Source of the DNA: Octopus sinensis
Lineage: Eukaryota
Assembly: GCF_006345805.1 (NCBI RefSeq)
Contig: NC_043006.1
Span: 86,056,001 to 86,120,000, forward strand
Length of the DNA: 64,000 nt
Reading direction: 5' to 3'
Within the stretch, counting starts at the first letter, position 1. Every line of letters starts with the position of its first letter. This document shows positions 36,320-49,570 of the stretch, piece by piece. The notes under the pieces were generated by a model. The model was not told the DNA's origin. It searched no databases and worked only from the letters and a program-made list of their open reading frames with translations. A program made the position numbers and the translations under genes.

Positions 36320-37129
36320 TATATATATATATATATATTGGCGTGCTCGCTTAGCCAGCAGGGTGGCGTCATTTGGAGGCTAAAACAATGTGAAGCGCAT
36401 TGTGACCAGTGATGTGTAACAACATCTGATAGCCTGGTCGGTCACGTGATCACGTGATATATATATATAAACATACACACACACACATACATGCATGTTT
36501 GTATGTATGTGTGTGTCTTGTCTTGACATCACGTCAGTTGTAAATAAGTGTCAGTTATACAAGCAATGTTGTTCATTTCCAGTATTCTGGAAAAGCATGT
36601 TTGGCCATAGGGAAATATTACCTGGATTGGAAACAGGTTAGGTGAGGGTTGGCAACAGGAAGAGTATCCAGTTGTAGAAAATCTGCCTCAATAAACTGCA
36701 TATGATTCATGCAAGCATTGGAAAAGAAGACATTAAAATGATGATAATAATGGTGATTAACTCACAAATGTTTAAGCTTTAATATCATGCACATCAATGT
36801 CACCTGTCTGGGTCGTCTTTGCTAAGTGATGAAGTAGCAATAATAGGAACTGCCTGTAGGTTAGTAATTTTGCAGAAGCTGCAACTGTAATGCTGTCCTA
36901 GATATGTGAGTAGCACTGTCATATGAGTCTTTTAGCTTGGTAGAATGTCAGCAAGTGATTAGAATTGAAGTATTTTTGTGGCTTTGAAGAGAAAGTTTTG
37001 TTTTTATGCATAAAGTTTTGGCAGTGTTTAATATATGTGAGGTCACGATGACTAAGTTACAGAGATTGTGAGATTTAACCTCTGTAACAAGTTAGATGAC
37101 TTTAATTTTATGTCATCTGGTTTAAGAAA

Positions 37130-37670
37130 GGTGTGGGGGACTGTGTAAAGAAGGCATAGGGGCAGTGTGTAAAGAGGGTGTAGGGGTCCACATGTAAGGA
37201 TGTGTGGCCTATGTGTAAGGGAAGTGTGTGGTGAGTTTCATGTGTAAGGAGGGCATGGGGGTCTAGGTGTCAGAGAAGGTGTGGGGCCCCCATGTGTAAG
37301 GAGGTTATGGGGGCTCAAGTGTCACAGGTGTGGGGCTCATATGTAAGGGAAGCTGTAGGGTCTGATGGGGGAGTGGTCCATGTGTAAGGAGGATGTGTGG
37401 CCCATGTGTAAGGGAAGGTGTGGGGTGAGACCCATCTGTAAGGGATGTGTGTACGGTTTCATGTGTAAGGAGGGCATGGGGGTCTAGGTGTCAGAGAAGG
37501 TGTGGGGCCCCATGCATAAAGAGGGCATGGGGGTTCAGGTGTCAGAGAAGGTGTGGGACCCCATGTGTAAGGAGGTTATGGGGGCCCAAGTATCAAAGGT
37601 GTGGGGCTCATATGTAAGGGAAGCTGTTGGGTCTGATGGGGGGAGGGGGTCCATGTGTAAGGAGGGTGTG
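37130..37670. repeat. G-rich degenerate minisatellite with duplicated blocks of about 130 bp
   Basis: Recurrent catgtgtaagga / ggtgtgggg; about 37265-37392 is similar to about 37537-37664. Confidence 0.8.
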
Positions 37671-38287
37671 ATACAAAGCAGTTTCCTTGATAAAGTGTTT
37701 TGGTGATGTTCAGAGAAGCCAGGCTGTCGTATCCTCTGTTGATAGTCTCTTCTCTTGGAATCAGTGCATATTAGGCTAAACATACTCTCCACATTGTTTG
37801 TGAATGATTTCTGTGTACAGAATATTGTGATGAAGTGAAGGAGAGTACCAATATAATCCATATAGGAGTTTGTGAGAAGTGTTAATGGTGGAATCATATT
37901 GAATATTGAAGTGCATCAGAGTTGATTGATGAACTATATAAATATATTTTAATAGAGTGGCCTGATAAAAAACAAAAACAAAAAAATTCTGGTGCAAGAA
38001 GTAAGGTATGTCAAGAGTCCATTGGCAAGAAGTTCTTATGCCAGTCCCAGTTGAAGGTTTTGTTGCTGTTTAGGCCCAGGTCAGTTCTGAATAACCAAAC
38101 TAGGATGAACACAGTACAACTGTGACCATCTGCTCTTGTTATTCATATGTAGAACTACATTATCTAATGTGTTCTTGCCTATTTAAGATAGGAGACTGTG
38201 ATTTGAAGCACAATTAGCTACTCAAACAGCCAAAGAGAGGCACCTTTGAAGACCTTATTGATTTTTGGTGACACTCTCTGTGTATAA

Positions 38288-38323
<36 letters not shown>

Positions 38324-38612
38324 AGAGAGAGAGAGCAATATATTTTACCCACTACTCCACTAAGTTCTGTTGAAGTCACCATATCTGTAAATGTTGTCTG
38401 CAGTTTCTTGAGGTGGTTTGGTGGGTCAAGGTTTTCTCTCCTGCTTAACAACTGCATAAAACAGTTTCAACAGCTCAATAAAAGTATAGGTTTTTCCAAG
38501 TTATTAATATTTCAAGAAAATTATATTGTATTTAATTCAAAAAAATTTTTTTTTTACTTATCTTTTTTTTATATCAAAAATAAAATATCTTCAAAACTTT
38601 CCTGTCTTTCAG

Positions 38613-38647
38613 AACCCAAAAGATTTCATTCATTCTGTGAAAGATAA
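38613..38647 (+). CDS. CCDC61: possible CCDC61-like micro-exon
   Basis: ctttcAG and GTaata; NPKDFIHSVKD; phase 0 to 2. Supported only by splice signals and phase. Confidence 0.42.
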
Positions 38648-39399
38648 GTAATATCCTTTTTGCTATAAATCACATCTTCAGTATTCTGTTGATTGTAGTC
38701 TAGAAAATGCTAAACTGTTTTGTTTTTGTTTTTATGGTTTAGTCAATGTTGGTGGGTGTGGAGTACCACCTGTGACCCTTTTTGGGGTCTCTGAAAATTG
38801 GAGATCTGGGTTAAGTACTTTGCAACAGAGTAGACTCTGCTAAAAGTATCCAAGAGAAAGGGGTTGGGTTTAAACTGGATGACTATATACCAACTAAGAG
38901 ATAGATGGATTTATAAACACAGAGAGAGAGAGAGAGAGGGAGAGACTGATATAGATATATAGGTAGATAAATGGAATGCATCATAGAAAACAAAATATCA
39001 ATTGGTAACAAAATTACAACACTTCCAAGATTTTTAGTGAAGTGAATGTTGAGACATTTGATGTGTAAATGATAAGTTCAATACTGTAAGAAGCAAGGTT
39101 CTTGTAAAAACAATCTGTCACAAGTTTTGATTCCCAGTTGTGGGCAACTTACTTTTATTTACACCACTTCATATCTTTGAGAAAAGTATGTAAATTTGAC
39201 AATTTCATTCTTCTGTTGTAAATTGGTAGTGTTGCAAGAAATCATCAGGGATATAAGTGAATTAAAATTACTATAATTGTAAATAATGTCTGTGTTGTAG
39301 ACTTGGTTTATAAAGGTGTTATCTTTCTATTACAGATCTTATAACTGAGAAAGGTATGGGGAAACATGCTCCATTGCAGCACATTGCTACATCCACCAT

Positions 39400-39770
39400 T
39401 TGTTAGTATTTGTTGAGATTGTTCCGGGTAACTCTCTCTGAGCTGTGTCCCAGTTAGTCTCCATCTCCTTGAGATAACTTCCTCATTTGCAATGACCATG
39501 TGACATGTTGCTGACCAACATGAGCCATTACCCCAGTTGGGTCCTCAGAGAAGAGAATGCTATATGTTGGATCCAACTTGGAAAATTGAGTAACATAACC
39601 AAACAGTCTGAACTGACACACTTGAATCATACAAGCAACATGATGCATCCCAATTTCCGATTAAAGTCATTGGTTGGATACAAAATTCAACCAATGGTAA
39701 TCTGTAATCCTGCAAAGCATCCTGGTGCCAAAGGAAAGTTAAATTTTTATTCAAGTATCTGAGTAGCTTT
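39400..39770 (-). mobile_element. old LINE RT C-terminal fragment
   Basis: QFRLFGYVTQF..DP resembles the RTE RLRWFGHV region. Confidence 0.5.
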
Positions 39771-40313
39771 TCAAATTTGTGAATTCATTGGTCTTAGTGA
39801 TTATGAAAAAATGGTTTTAATGTCTATGTAGACATGATTCTTAACATTTATATAAACGTCTCTTGATGTCAGTATAGATATGGTTCTTAATGTCTGTGTA
39901 GAATATGGTCCTTAATTTCACATTCATATGACAAATTTGGCTTGTATCACAAGAGTTGTGTTGCACCAACTAGTAATTCAACTAGCTGAAAAACTGGAAA
40001 TCTTTTCCATCCTATATTTAAGTGGTTACTAGACATTGCATGCAGTTGTAAAGTATATAGTTTATGTAATATCTTACATTCTCCAGAACTTTTAAGCCAA
40101 ATTTTTATGAGAAAATGTCAAGAGGTTTTGAGAACATGAAATTTAGTCTGAGACAGTTGTTATCTGCAAAATTTGATTTAATTAGAGCTTAGAGCTTTTC
40201 TTCTTCTGTCCACCAGTAATTATATATCAGGAATTGTGTTAAAGAGAAAGGAGATGAAAAAATGCAAAAGCTTGTCAGAAGATTTTAAATGATACACAGA
40301 TAATAATTTTTAG

Positions 40314-40391
40314 TTTTCAGGAAAATATTACTTCCTTAACTTGTCACTCATTCCTCAAAACTGTTGCATCCACAAACTCGGAAATCCAAAA
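40314..40391 (+). CDS. CCDC61: possible CCDC61-like exon
   Basis: ttttAG and GTAAGT; FQENITSLTCHSFLKTVASTNSEIQ; phase 2 to 2. The alternative AG at 40320 gives a stop. Confidence 0.45.
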
Positions 40392-40563
40392 GTAAGTATA
40401 AACTATTTTGTGACTAATAAATTTATAAGTTTTGATCTCTGCTATTGAAATTAGCTTTGTAAAAAAAAAGTTTTTCTTATGAATTTAATGTTTTCTTGGA
40501 CCCTTAAAACATGCATAAACACATGTATGACTTAAATTTAAACAAACATCATATTTCAAATGT

Positions 40564-40596
<33 letters not shown>

Positions 40597-40597
<1 letters not shown>

Positions 40598-41170
40598 GAA
40601 GTAGTGGGGGAACATATGCCCTGATGCAGTACCAAGCAGTGACTCCCGTGGCTTCTGATCTTAACTGATTGGAAGTGTTATTATGTACATTGTTTTGTCT
40701 TGGTATAAAAGATGGGCTACAGCAAATATTATGCTCAAAATCACAGATTTGCTTATCAGTTGTTTGACCTTAACCAATTGAGCATGTCCCTTAGTGGCTG
40801 ACGATATGTGCATCTCTGATCACGAGCAGAAGTAGTGGGGAGCATCATAGCCATGTGTTGAGAGGGATTATTTGGGGTTTGAATAATTCACCTTTGGAAA
40901 CATGGGTGTTTCGTTCAACATCCTTAAACTATCCTTATTCAGGGACCTTTTGAGCAGGATGGGTTACTTGACCAGAAGAAAATTCTAACTGGGCCCCACC
41001 TGCAAGGTCATGTGCTGTTTATTTTGATATGAGATCAACATGTCGCGCACATATGGTTGTGATGCATGTGCCAAGTGTACCCTTATCAGACGGGTAGTTA
41101 TGATGGGTATACTGGGCTTTGTATATTTTACCCCAGTGTCACTTTTATGGCATGCACTGCTCTCTCAATA
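40597..41170. mobile_element. unclassified interspersed repeat
   Basis: A partial inverted copy lies at about 46830-46985 (ctctcaacacatggctatgat...gagcagaatatttgct). Confidence 0.6.
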
Positions 41171-41179
41171 AAATAATGA

Positions 41180-42050
41180 AATTATTGTGTATGGTGCTCA
41201 GGTACACTACAACTCATCAAAGGTTCATCTACAGTACATAGAATTATATACAAAAGTCAGGAAAGTGAACAGTGTATGAGTCATGATATACATGTGTGCA
41301 TGTGTATGGAGGACAGGGATATCAAGTGTAATGTTGAATATCAGGAAGCATGGAGGTTTTAAAGGATGCAATGTCTCAGCAACTAACAACTGATGCAAGT
41401 AGTTTGTTCTATGCTTCAGCAACTCTGAGTTTGAAAAAAAGTTTCTGAAAATCATGAGAGCTGTGCTGTTTTCTGACTATGTAGGCATGCCCACATGTGT
41501 TAGACACATGGAGCTCAAAAAGGTGCTCAGGGTGGTTGTTGGCATGATGGTTAATAATTTTGTAGGTGTTTACCAAGTCAGTTGCCAGATGTTGGAGCTT
41601 CAGTGTATCTATACCCAGGGAAGCAAGGCGTTCAGAGTATGGTAGATGCCTGGTGGAGGGTATTTGCTTGGTTGCATATCTCTGAACAGTTTCCAGGAGG
41701 TCAATGTCCTGAGCAAGATAGGGGTTCCAGACTGGTGATGCAAATTCCAAGTGTGGCTGCACCATGGCCATATACAGTCTCAAATAGATAGCTGGAGAGC
41801 AGCTGACAAAGACCTTGCTGAGTGATGCCAAGACACCTTTGGCTTTTTTGACAATTTTAGAGATGTGCTTTGTCCAGTACAAATCACTGTTGACAGTAAT
41901 GCCCAGGTCATATTCACAAGAAGACCTTTTGATATTAGTGTTGTGGAGGGAGTATGTGGACGCTGGGTTTTTCTTCCCAAAATGCCTGGTGGTACACTTG
42001 TCCACAGCCAGCTTGAGTTGTCAGTTGGTGATCCATTGTTGCATTGTGTT
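41180..42050 (-). mobile_element. CR1/L2-group LINE 3' fragment
   Basis: ORF 41409..42005: DLGI, PHLEFASPVWNPY, LETVQR.ATK, YSERL. Confidence 0.85.
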
Positions 42051-42130
42051 TGTACATCATCATCATTATTCATTGTTGCATTGTTTTTGTACTTGATCAT
42101 CATCATCAAGATTTTAATGTCTAATTATCT

Positions 42131-42536
42131 AGGCGCAGGAGTGGCTGTGTGGTAAGTAGCTTGCTAACCAACCACATGGTTCCGGGTTCAGTCCCACTGC
42201 GTGGCATCTTGGGCAAGTGTCTTCTGCTATAGCCCTGGGCCGACCAATGCCTTGTGAGTGGATTTGGTAGACGGAAACTGAAAGAAGCCTGTCGTACATA
42301 TGTATATATATATATATATGTTTGTGTGTCTGTGTTTGTCCCCCTAGCATTGCTTTACAACCGATGCTGGTGTCTTTACGTCCCCGTTACTTAGTGGTTC
42401 AGCAAAAGAGACCAATAGAATAAGTACTGGACTTACAAAAGAATAGGTCTCGGGGTCGATTTGCTTGACTAAAGGCGGTGCTCTGCTCCAGCATGGCTGC
42501 AGTCAAATGACTGAAACAAGTAAAAGAGTAAAAGAG
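42131..42536 (+). mobile_element. full-length tRNA-derived SINE (dominant family in the window)
   Basis: ggcgcaggagtggctgtgtggtaag (A box), ggttcagtccc (B box), internal (TA)n, tail gactgaaacaagtaaaagag. Confidence 0.9.
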
Positions 42537-43280
42537 CTGCTTCAATGCATTATAACTACATAAACAATTATGTAATAGGGATGTGAAAGCAATGTTGTGA
42601 ATTGAACATTTAGATCAGCTCAAATATGTCTGGAATATATTTGATTTGTAAAAAAGCCATTTTCTCTTAAGTTTGCCATGGAGAAAATTGTAGCTTTAGG
42701 TAATAGGTGTCAAAACACCATTTCATAGTGTCCTCTGGTGGAATGATGAAAATACATTTCAAACTGTTTGGCTATCATCAACGTTGTGTGCTACAAGGGA
42801 GACAACTCTAAAATGACTCTTGAAAGTCATGGCTTTCTTATAGAAAACCAATATAATTATGAACTGACTATTTGTGATGCTGGCTAGTCTTAAATAAAAT
42901 ATGTAGAAGACACATGAAAGCAGTCTTGTGAATTAAATATTTAGATCAGTTCAGTAATGTTTGGGACAAATATAATTATTATATTATAAACTATTTTTGT
43001 TAGAGTTTGAATTCAATTTTTATGAATTTCTCATACAAATCTATAAAAACTGCTTATACCATGTGTATAGCCCAGTGGTTAGGGTGTTGACCCACAGGCA
43101 TAAAGTTGTGGGTTTGATTCTTGGACAGGACAGTACATTATGTCATTATGAAATAAGTTACTTCATTTTATGTAGCTCCTGTTTACTCAGCTGAAGTGAT
43201 TACCAGATATAATAATTGTGACTATCAGTTCAGTTGTTTGCAGTAATTATAATTAGTGACTGAACGCTTTCTTAATCTAG

Positions 43281-43327
43281 ACAGAAAACAATACTTCACA
43301 AAGCATCCAGTTTGATAATATGCACCG
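43281..43327 (+). CDS. CCDC61: speculative CCDC61-like micro-exon
   Basis: ctAG and GTatgc; QKTILHKASSLIICT; supplies the phase 2 to 1 change needed to reach the last exon. Confidence 0.3.
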
Positions 43328-43685
43328 GTATGCCAGTGTGGTTAAGAAGCTTGCTTTTCAATCACATAGTTCCAGGTTCAGTCTCACTCCATGGCATTTT
43401 GGGCAAGTGTCTTCTACTATAACCCTGAGCCAACCAATGTCTTGTGAGTGAATTTGGTCAATGGAAACTTGTGTGGAAGTCTGTTGAATATATATATGTG
43501 TGTGTCTAAGTGGTGTTGGTTTGTTTATGTCCCTGTAACTTTGTGGTTCAGCAAAAGAGACTGATAGAATGTACCAAGCTTAAAAAATAAATACTGGGGT
43601 TAATCTGTTCAGTTAAACCCCTTCATGGCAGTACCCCAGCATGGCTGCAGTCCAATGACTAAAGCAAAGTGAAAAACCGAAGGTA
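43325..43685 (+). mobile_element. degenerate tRNA-derived SINE
   Basis: Same family as 42131. Confidence 0.78.
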
Positions 43686-43966
43686 AACTATTGCAGATCA
43701 CTGAATGCATTGTCATCATACAAAACTTCGGAATGGAGTTGTTTCCCTATTTTATTAGAAATTGGTGTTGGAAACCGTAAAAGTTTGAATCAGATAATGA
43801 TGATGAAAGATGATGGTGGGAGTCTGAGATTACATGATGTTCATGCTTTTCTTGTGGATGAAATCAGAACGAGGTTTTCAATAGATGGGAGCTTATTTCT
43901 CTCTGACGTTCAAAAATATTTATGATAAATATTGATTTTCTTTTTCTTTTAATTCTTTCTCTTCAG

Positions 43967-44097
43967 AAGTTGATAGCATTGAACACTCACTGGAAATTAG
44001 TGAAATGAATGTTCTTGAGAGACCACTGGACATTGGAGAAATTGATGCCAAGCTGGAGCAATTGCAACAACAATTATTGAAAAGTGGTATATCCTAG
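43967..44097 (+). CDS. CCDC61: CCDC61-like terminal coding exon
   Basis: Long pyrimidine tract plus cAG. DIGEIDAKLEQLQQQL matches the recalled CCDC61 C-terminus DMAEIDARLKALQEYM; TAG stop. Confidence 0.85.
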
Positions 44098-44214
44098 TAA
44101 TAATAATAACTTGAACAATTTAAATTCTCTTCTGAAACTTAGACAGATGTTTTACACTTTAGTTGTATTTTAAAATTTATAATTTATGCTTGTTATTATT
44201 ATTATTATTATTAT

Positions 44215-44400
44215 CAAGGTGGTGAACTGGCAGAATTGTTAGTGCGTCAGACAAAATGCTTAGCAGCATTTCTTCCAGCACTTTACATTCTTGTATCAAT
44301 AAAATAAGTACCAGTTGAGCACTGGGGTTGATGTAATTGACTAACCTCCTCCCCTTAAAATTGCTGGCCTTGTGCCAAAATTTGAAGCCATTATTATTAT
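44215..44400 (+). mobile_element. second SINE family (ggcagaattgttag...gaaatgcttagc...gtgccaaaatttgaa)
   Basis: Related copies at about 27627-27800, 31478-31610, 49648-49855 and 55035-55146. Confidence 0.72.
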
Positions 44401-46336
44401 TATTGGGTTTTTGTCTTACACAATAAACAATGAAATTAAACATGAATTTTTTTTGCAATAATTATGAAATACAGTAGACATTATACTGTCTAAAGAGATG
44501 AAGAAATGAATGTGTGTGTGAGTATTTGTCTAACCAATGCTAGCATGGATTGGACTATTTGAATAGTATGTTATGGTTGGACACCTTGTCTACTGCCAAA
44601 CCATACCAGTTTGACAAAAAAAGGAATTTCTACTTTCACTGTTCTTCAGAAGCACAGAGCAATCGCTTCCAATGTCATAAAGGAATGTAAGCATCATATC
44701 ATCATTTTATTCAGGCAATGAGAAATGAAACTCTGGAATGTCAACATTTGTGCACGTGCATATACACACAATATACAAGCATTATAAAAATATTTAATCT
44801 ATAATCCTTACTCCAACAAAATAGATTCTGTTTTGCCTTTGGCTCATTGATGAGCCTTAACCTTTCAGCATTTAAACTGACCATATCTGCCCAAAATATT
44901 CTGCCTGTTTTATGTCCCAACTGGCCTGATCTGGCTTCTCACACTCACCTTACAATGTCATTCTAAAAATAAATGACATCATTGAAATCTTGAAGCTACA
45001 AGACAATGCATGATTAATTCAAAACAATAAACAAGCATTACATTTGATATTTTTTATTCACTCTCAAATTTATCTTTTGAGTATTTTATTCTAAGTAGTC
45101 ATAGTTTCTTTTTGAACTTGTCACCCCCTGGACTATATGAACATTATATATAGTTATAGGTGTGGTGTGGTTAAGTCTGGATAAGATTTCATTGAAGACA
45201 TACCAGTGAATCAGAAGTATAATTCTAGAAACAGGGGCTGTTATTCTTGTATGCCATTCTAGCTCTGTAAGAAAACAGTCCTATAACATTAAATGAAGTA
45301 TTTAGTTAATTACTTTTTCTGTTTTTTTTCTATATTTTCTCATTGTATCACAGCAAGTATTCTGTTGATATTTTTATATACATATGAAACACTGGAAAAG
45401 TTTACTTTTCGGTTTTCTCTTACTTTCAACGAGTCAAGTATATTATTACTACATCGTGGTTGTGATCACTTTGATAGATATTATATCTGGAATATTGTAT
45501 ATGAAAGATGAGGATAGTTGCATAAAGAAGTGCTGATCACTTAAAGTGGAGGGAAATTGTGGAAGAGGGAGACCCAGGAAGACATGGGGTGAAGTATTGA
45601 AGGCTCCTTACAAAGAGATGACAGAGCATCGAGATATGTGGTGCATTGCTGTACTTGACCAACTCTCAACAACAGAATTGAGATCCTAAAACCAAGGTAC
45701 CACATAAAAAGGACACATTAAGTATCATTTAATCGTAGGGTCTGTCCAGTCAGGATTGACTAAACAACAACAAAGTACATTTTGGGTAGTTGTTAAAATA
45801 TTTAATGGCAACTATTTTTCAAGTATTATTAAACAGAAAAAGAATGATTTTAATGAAAATAAATAATTTATTGGCAGTCTATATGCATGCATAATCATAG
45901 TTCTATACAACACCTTCATCAATGTCGATAGTAAATTATTATCACAGAATCCATTCCAGTGTAGAGAGGAAAAACACTTTGAAATTAATTAAACAGAAAC
46001 TACAAGAAAACTGTACAAAATAATACAACTGTTCATACTTTTTCATAGAATTTCTTTTTATGATGTAAATGCTCAAACTTTATTCTTCTGAAACATCAAA
46101 TATGATAATTATAAATACTTTGTAGACGTTGCCAGAGCAAAAGATGGCATGAGTGTTGCAATGAGATTTAATTTTTTTTAAATTGCTCCTTGCATATGTA
46201 AATATCTTATGGCTGGATGGCTGGACGAATAAAGGTATAGTGATTGTATTATATGCTTGTTATGTTCTTATATTATGCAAATAGTTATCTATTTCAGTAG
46301 TTTCTGCTTAATGAAGATATATTAAAAAATAAAACA

Positions 46337-46606
46337 TTAATGGTTGGTTGAAAGAGTATTTTGTGACATTAATCTTTGATTCATTTGTAGAAGACATTTA
46401 AAAAAATTGATTAAATCGATAGGTGTTGGGTGACACAGTTCTAACCAGTGTGTACTTTTCCATGATACACTGCATGGTTCAAGACAAATGTAGTGATGCG
46501 TGAGATGAGAAAGTAAGACCTCCAGAAGGTGGTTTAACACTGGCTCAGGTAAAGGTAGGAGTCGAACAACCACTTTATTCAGGTAGTCTATTGTGGCATG
46601 GGGACA
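46337..46606 (-). CDS. PTPDC1: PTPDC1-like terminal coding exon
   Basis: tttcAG acceptor. CPHATIDYLNKVVVRLLPLPEPVLNHLLEVLLSHLT aligns with the recalled PTPDC1 GQHQTILCVLHCIVNLQTIP...AIKAFT; TAA stop. Confidence 0.78.
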   Translation of the reverse strand, partial: CPHATIDYLNKVVVRLLPLPEPVLNHLLEVLLSHLTHHYICLEPCSVSWKSTHWLELCHPTPIDLINFFKCLLQMNQRLMSQNTLSTNH

Positions 46607-48793
46607 CTGAAAATAGAAATAAAAATAATAAATTTTTGTTGTTATATTCATAAATATCTGAGCAGAATCAAAGTCAGAAAATATTCTGGTATAGTCCAAG
46701 CATAAATTACACTGTTTAACACGATTTTTGTCCTTGGTTAGCAACTGTGATTTCCTATTTGCTGACCCTTAGAAAGTATGAAAAATGGCTTATATTTCCT
46801 TCAAACTTTGCTTTTGTTACATTTATTCAAATTCCAAAGAATCCCTCTCAACACATGGCTATGATGTTCCCCTACTACTCCTGATCAGAGATGCACATAT
46901 TGCCAGCCACAAAGGGACATACTCAACTGGTTATGGTCAAGCAATTGACTAGCAAATATATGGTATTGAGCAGAATATTTGCTCTAATGATATTTGTGCT
47001 TCAGCAACTCAGCATTGAATCTGTTTGAAATGTAATGAAAAATAGGTCAGTTTCAAAACGTTGATTGTCCAGGGGATGAAAGCAAAGTTTGAAGGGAATA
47101 GTAGTAATTTCCTTTATATTTTAGATAGAAGCAAATAGGAAGTAACACCTACTGACCCAAAAATAAAAATTTTGTGACAGTTTGTATACGTTCACATGAT
47201 CTCTCTTATGGTCACAGCTATTACAAGTAGAAACTCTTTTATTCATTTAATAACTTCAGTTGCAGGACTGCAGTAATTGTCAATTATATCAACTTTAATG
47301 AAATAATTATCTTATTTTTAGAGACATTAAATATGAATACACTATACACACATATGAAGGGCTTCTGTACAGTTTCCATTTACAAAATCATCAACTCCAG
47401 GCTATGATAGAAGATACTTGCCCATGGAGCCACACAGACAATGATAGTAACATGTAAAAGCCAGCATTAGTGGACATTACTAAATCTACAAAAATGGTTA
47501 ACACCTTCCTTTTGAAGTTAAGAAACTACAAAGGGAAGTTCTAAAATGAACTGTCAGAGTCATTGGAGTATGACAAATGCTGTGTATGTATTCCAGCCAT
47601 CTGTAACCTGGATTCAAATTCAGCTGAGGTCAATTTTACTTTTTCGTCATATTAGGGTGGATAAAGAGAAAAAAAACATACCAATCTGAAGTTTAATTTC
47701 TAATAAAGATGTCTGGTCATGTCGTAATAATTGTAATGTAATCAATGCCAGAAAGTCAGTAGAAGAAATAGTGGAAGAAATTTACATTGAGGTTATGTCT
47801 GTTAGTAACAAAGAATTTCTCAGTAGACAAAAGGTAAACTGTGCAAAATATTTATAAAAGTGTGATGTAATGGACTTGTAGAATATCTGGAAAAGGTTGA
47901 AGAGAAATGAAATAAGCACGATGTTATTGATGTTATAGGCATGAGATGAGAGACCAGCTTGATGTCAAATGTGTATGCAGGAGAGACAACTGCAGTTGTA
48001 TAGATATGTAATGTGAAAAGATGATGAATGTTGAGTGAAAAAGTGCTGATATCAGATGTCTGTGACAATGGAAGACAAAAAGAAATGGTTTTATCAGATT
48101 TCAGGATGTTGAGCTTCACAGATGATATGACAAAGGATTTGAGAGAAAAGGAGATATGCTGTGTCATACATCCAGCCAGCCTATATTTGCACGGAAAAGA
48201 ACAATGACAAACTGTTGTGCATATTAACTTTTATAGCAATGCATGTCTGATTAACTAACCCTTTAGATTACTTTGTCAAACTTAATGCTTATTTATTCAC
48301 GTTGTTTTGCATTAATTATGCATTATCTCATAGCTTTAATATTTCAATGATGTGATTGTATTTTTGACAACACAGGGTAGGTGTGAGATGCCAGTTCAAA
48401 CATAAAACAGGTAGAATATTTGGGTTGAATATGGTCGGTTTAAATGCTAATGGATTAATATTGCATCATATCAGTAAAAATATGTATATAGCTATCTCTG
48501 ACTATTTGTACATATTGATAAACAAGACTTAGAGGAAAATTCTGACATAATGATACCGCAAATGTCTGGAATGTGCGTTTGTCAATTACATCAACTGGTA
48601 CTTATTTTATTGACCTTCTGGAAAGATAAAAGGTTGATCTTGGCAAGCTTTTACGTCAACATAAAGGTACGTAATTAAACACCACAATATAATTAGTCTG
48701 TCACTCTACTGATTTACTGAATTATTGAGAATTTGTATGATCAACAAGTATGCTCCTATAGTCTGGAAGTAATCAAAGTATAAATAAGAATCT

Positions 48794-49570
48794 ATGTGTA
48801 ATGTCAATGTCAGTGTGCACACGTGACAGAGTGTAAGTGCCCTGAGAGAAATGCTGGACATAAGAAGCATTGGATGCGGCGTGCAAGAGAGACGTCTGCG
48901 TTGGTATGGTCATGTACTACGGATGGATGAGGAGAGATGTGTGAAGAAGTGCCACTCCCAAACAGTTGAAAGAATCCGGGGTAGAGGTAGACCCAAGAAA
49001 ACATGGGATGAGGTGGTCAAGCATGACCTTCAAACATTGGGCCTCACAGAGGCAATGATGAAAGACCAAGACCTCTGGAGATATGCTGTGACTGTGAAGA
49101 CCCGACAAATAACGTGTGTTCATGGCTGTTTCCTGCACCAGCTTCACATAGAAGCCCTGGCTCACCCAAAGTACCTAGGATTGCAGGACGGCCTGCTATG
49201 CTTACCATGAGGAGACCTGTTGAGTCAAGTACATCAACATCAAAAAATCAAATGGAAGTTGTAGCTGTGATACCTGTGCTGGAGGCACGTAAAAGCACCA
49301 TCCGAACGTGGCCAATGCCAGCGCCACCTTGACTGGCTTCTGTGCCAGTGGCACGTAAAAAGCACCAACTGATTGTGGCCGTTGCCAGCCTCCCTTGGCA
49401 CGTAAAAAGCACCCACTACACTCACGGAGTGGATGGCGTTAGGAAGGGCATCAAGCTGTAGAAACACTGCCAGATCAGACTAGAGCCTGGTGCAGCCTCC
49501 TGGCTTCCCAGATCCCGGTCAAACCATCCAACCCATGCTAGCAAGGAAAACAGACGTTAAACGATGATGA
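48794..49570 (+). mobile_element. older 5'-truncated RTE copy
   Basis: ORF 48851..49210 (QERRLRWYGHV, RGRGRPKKTW) followed by the RTE 3'UTR. Confidence 0.88.
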
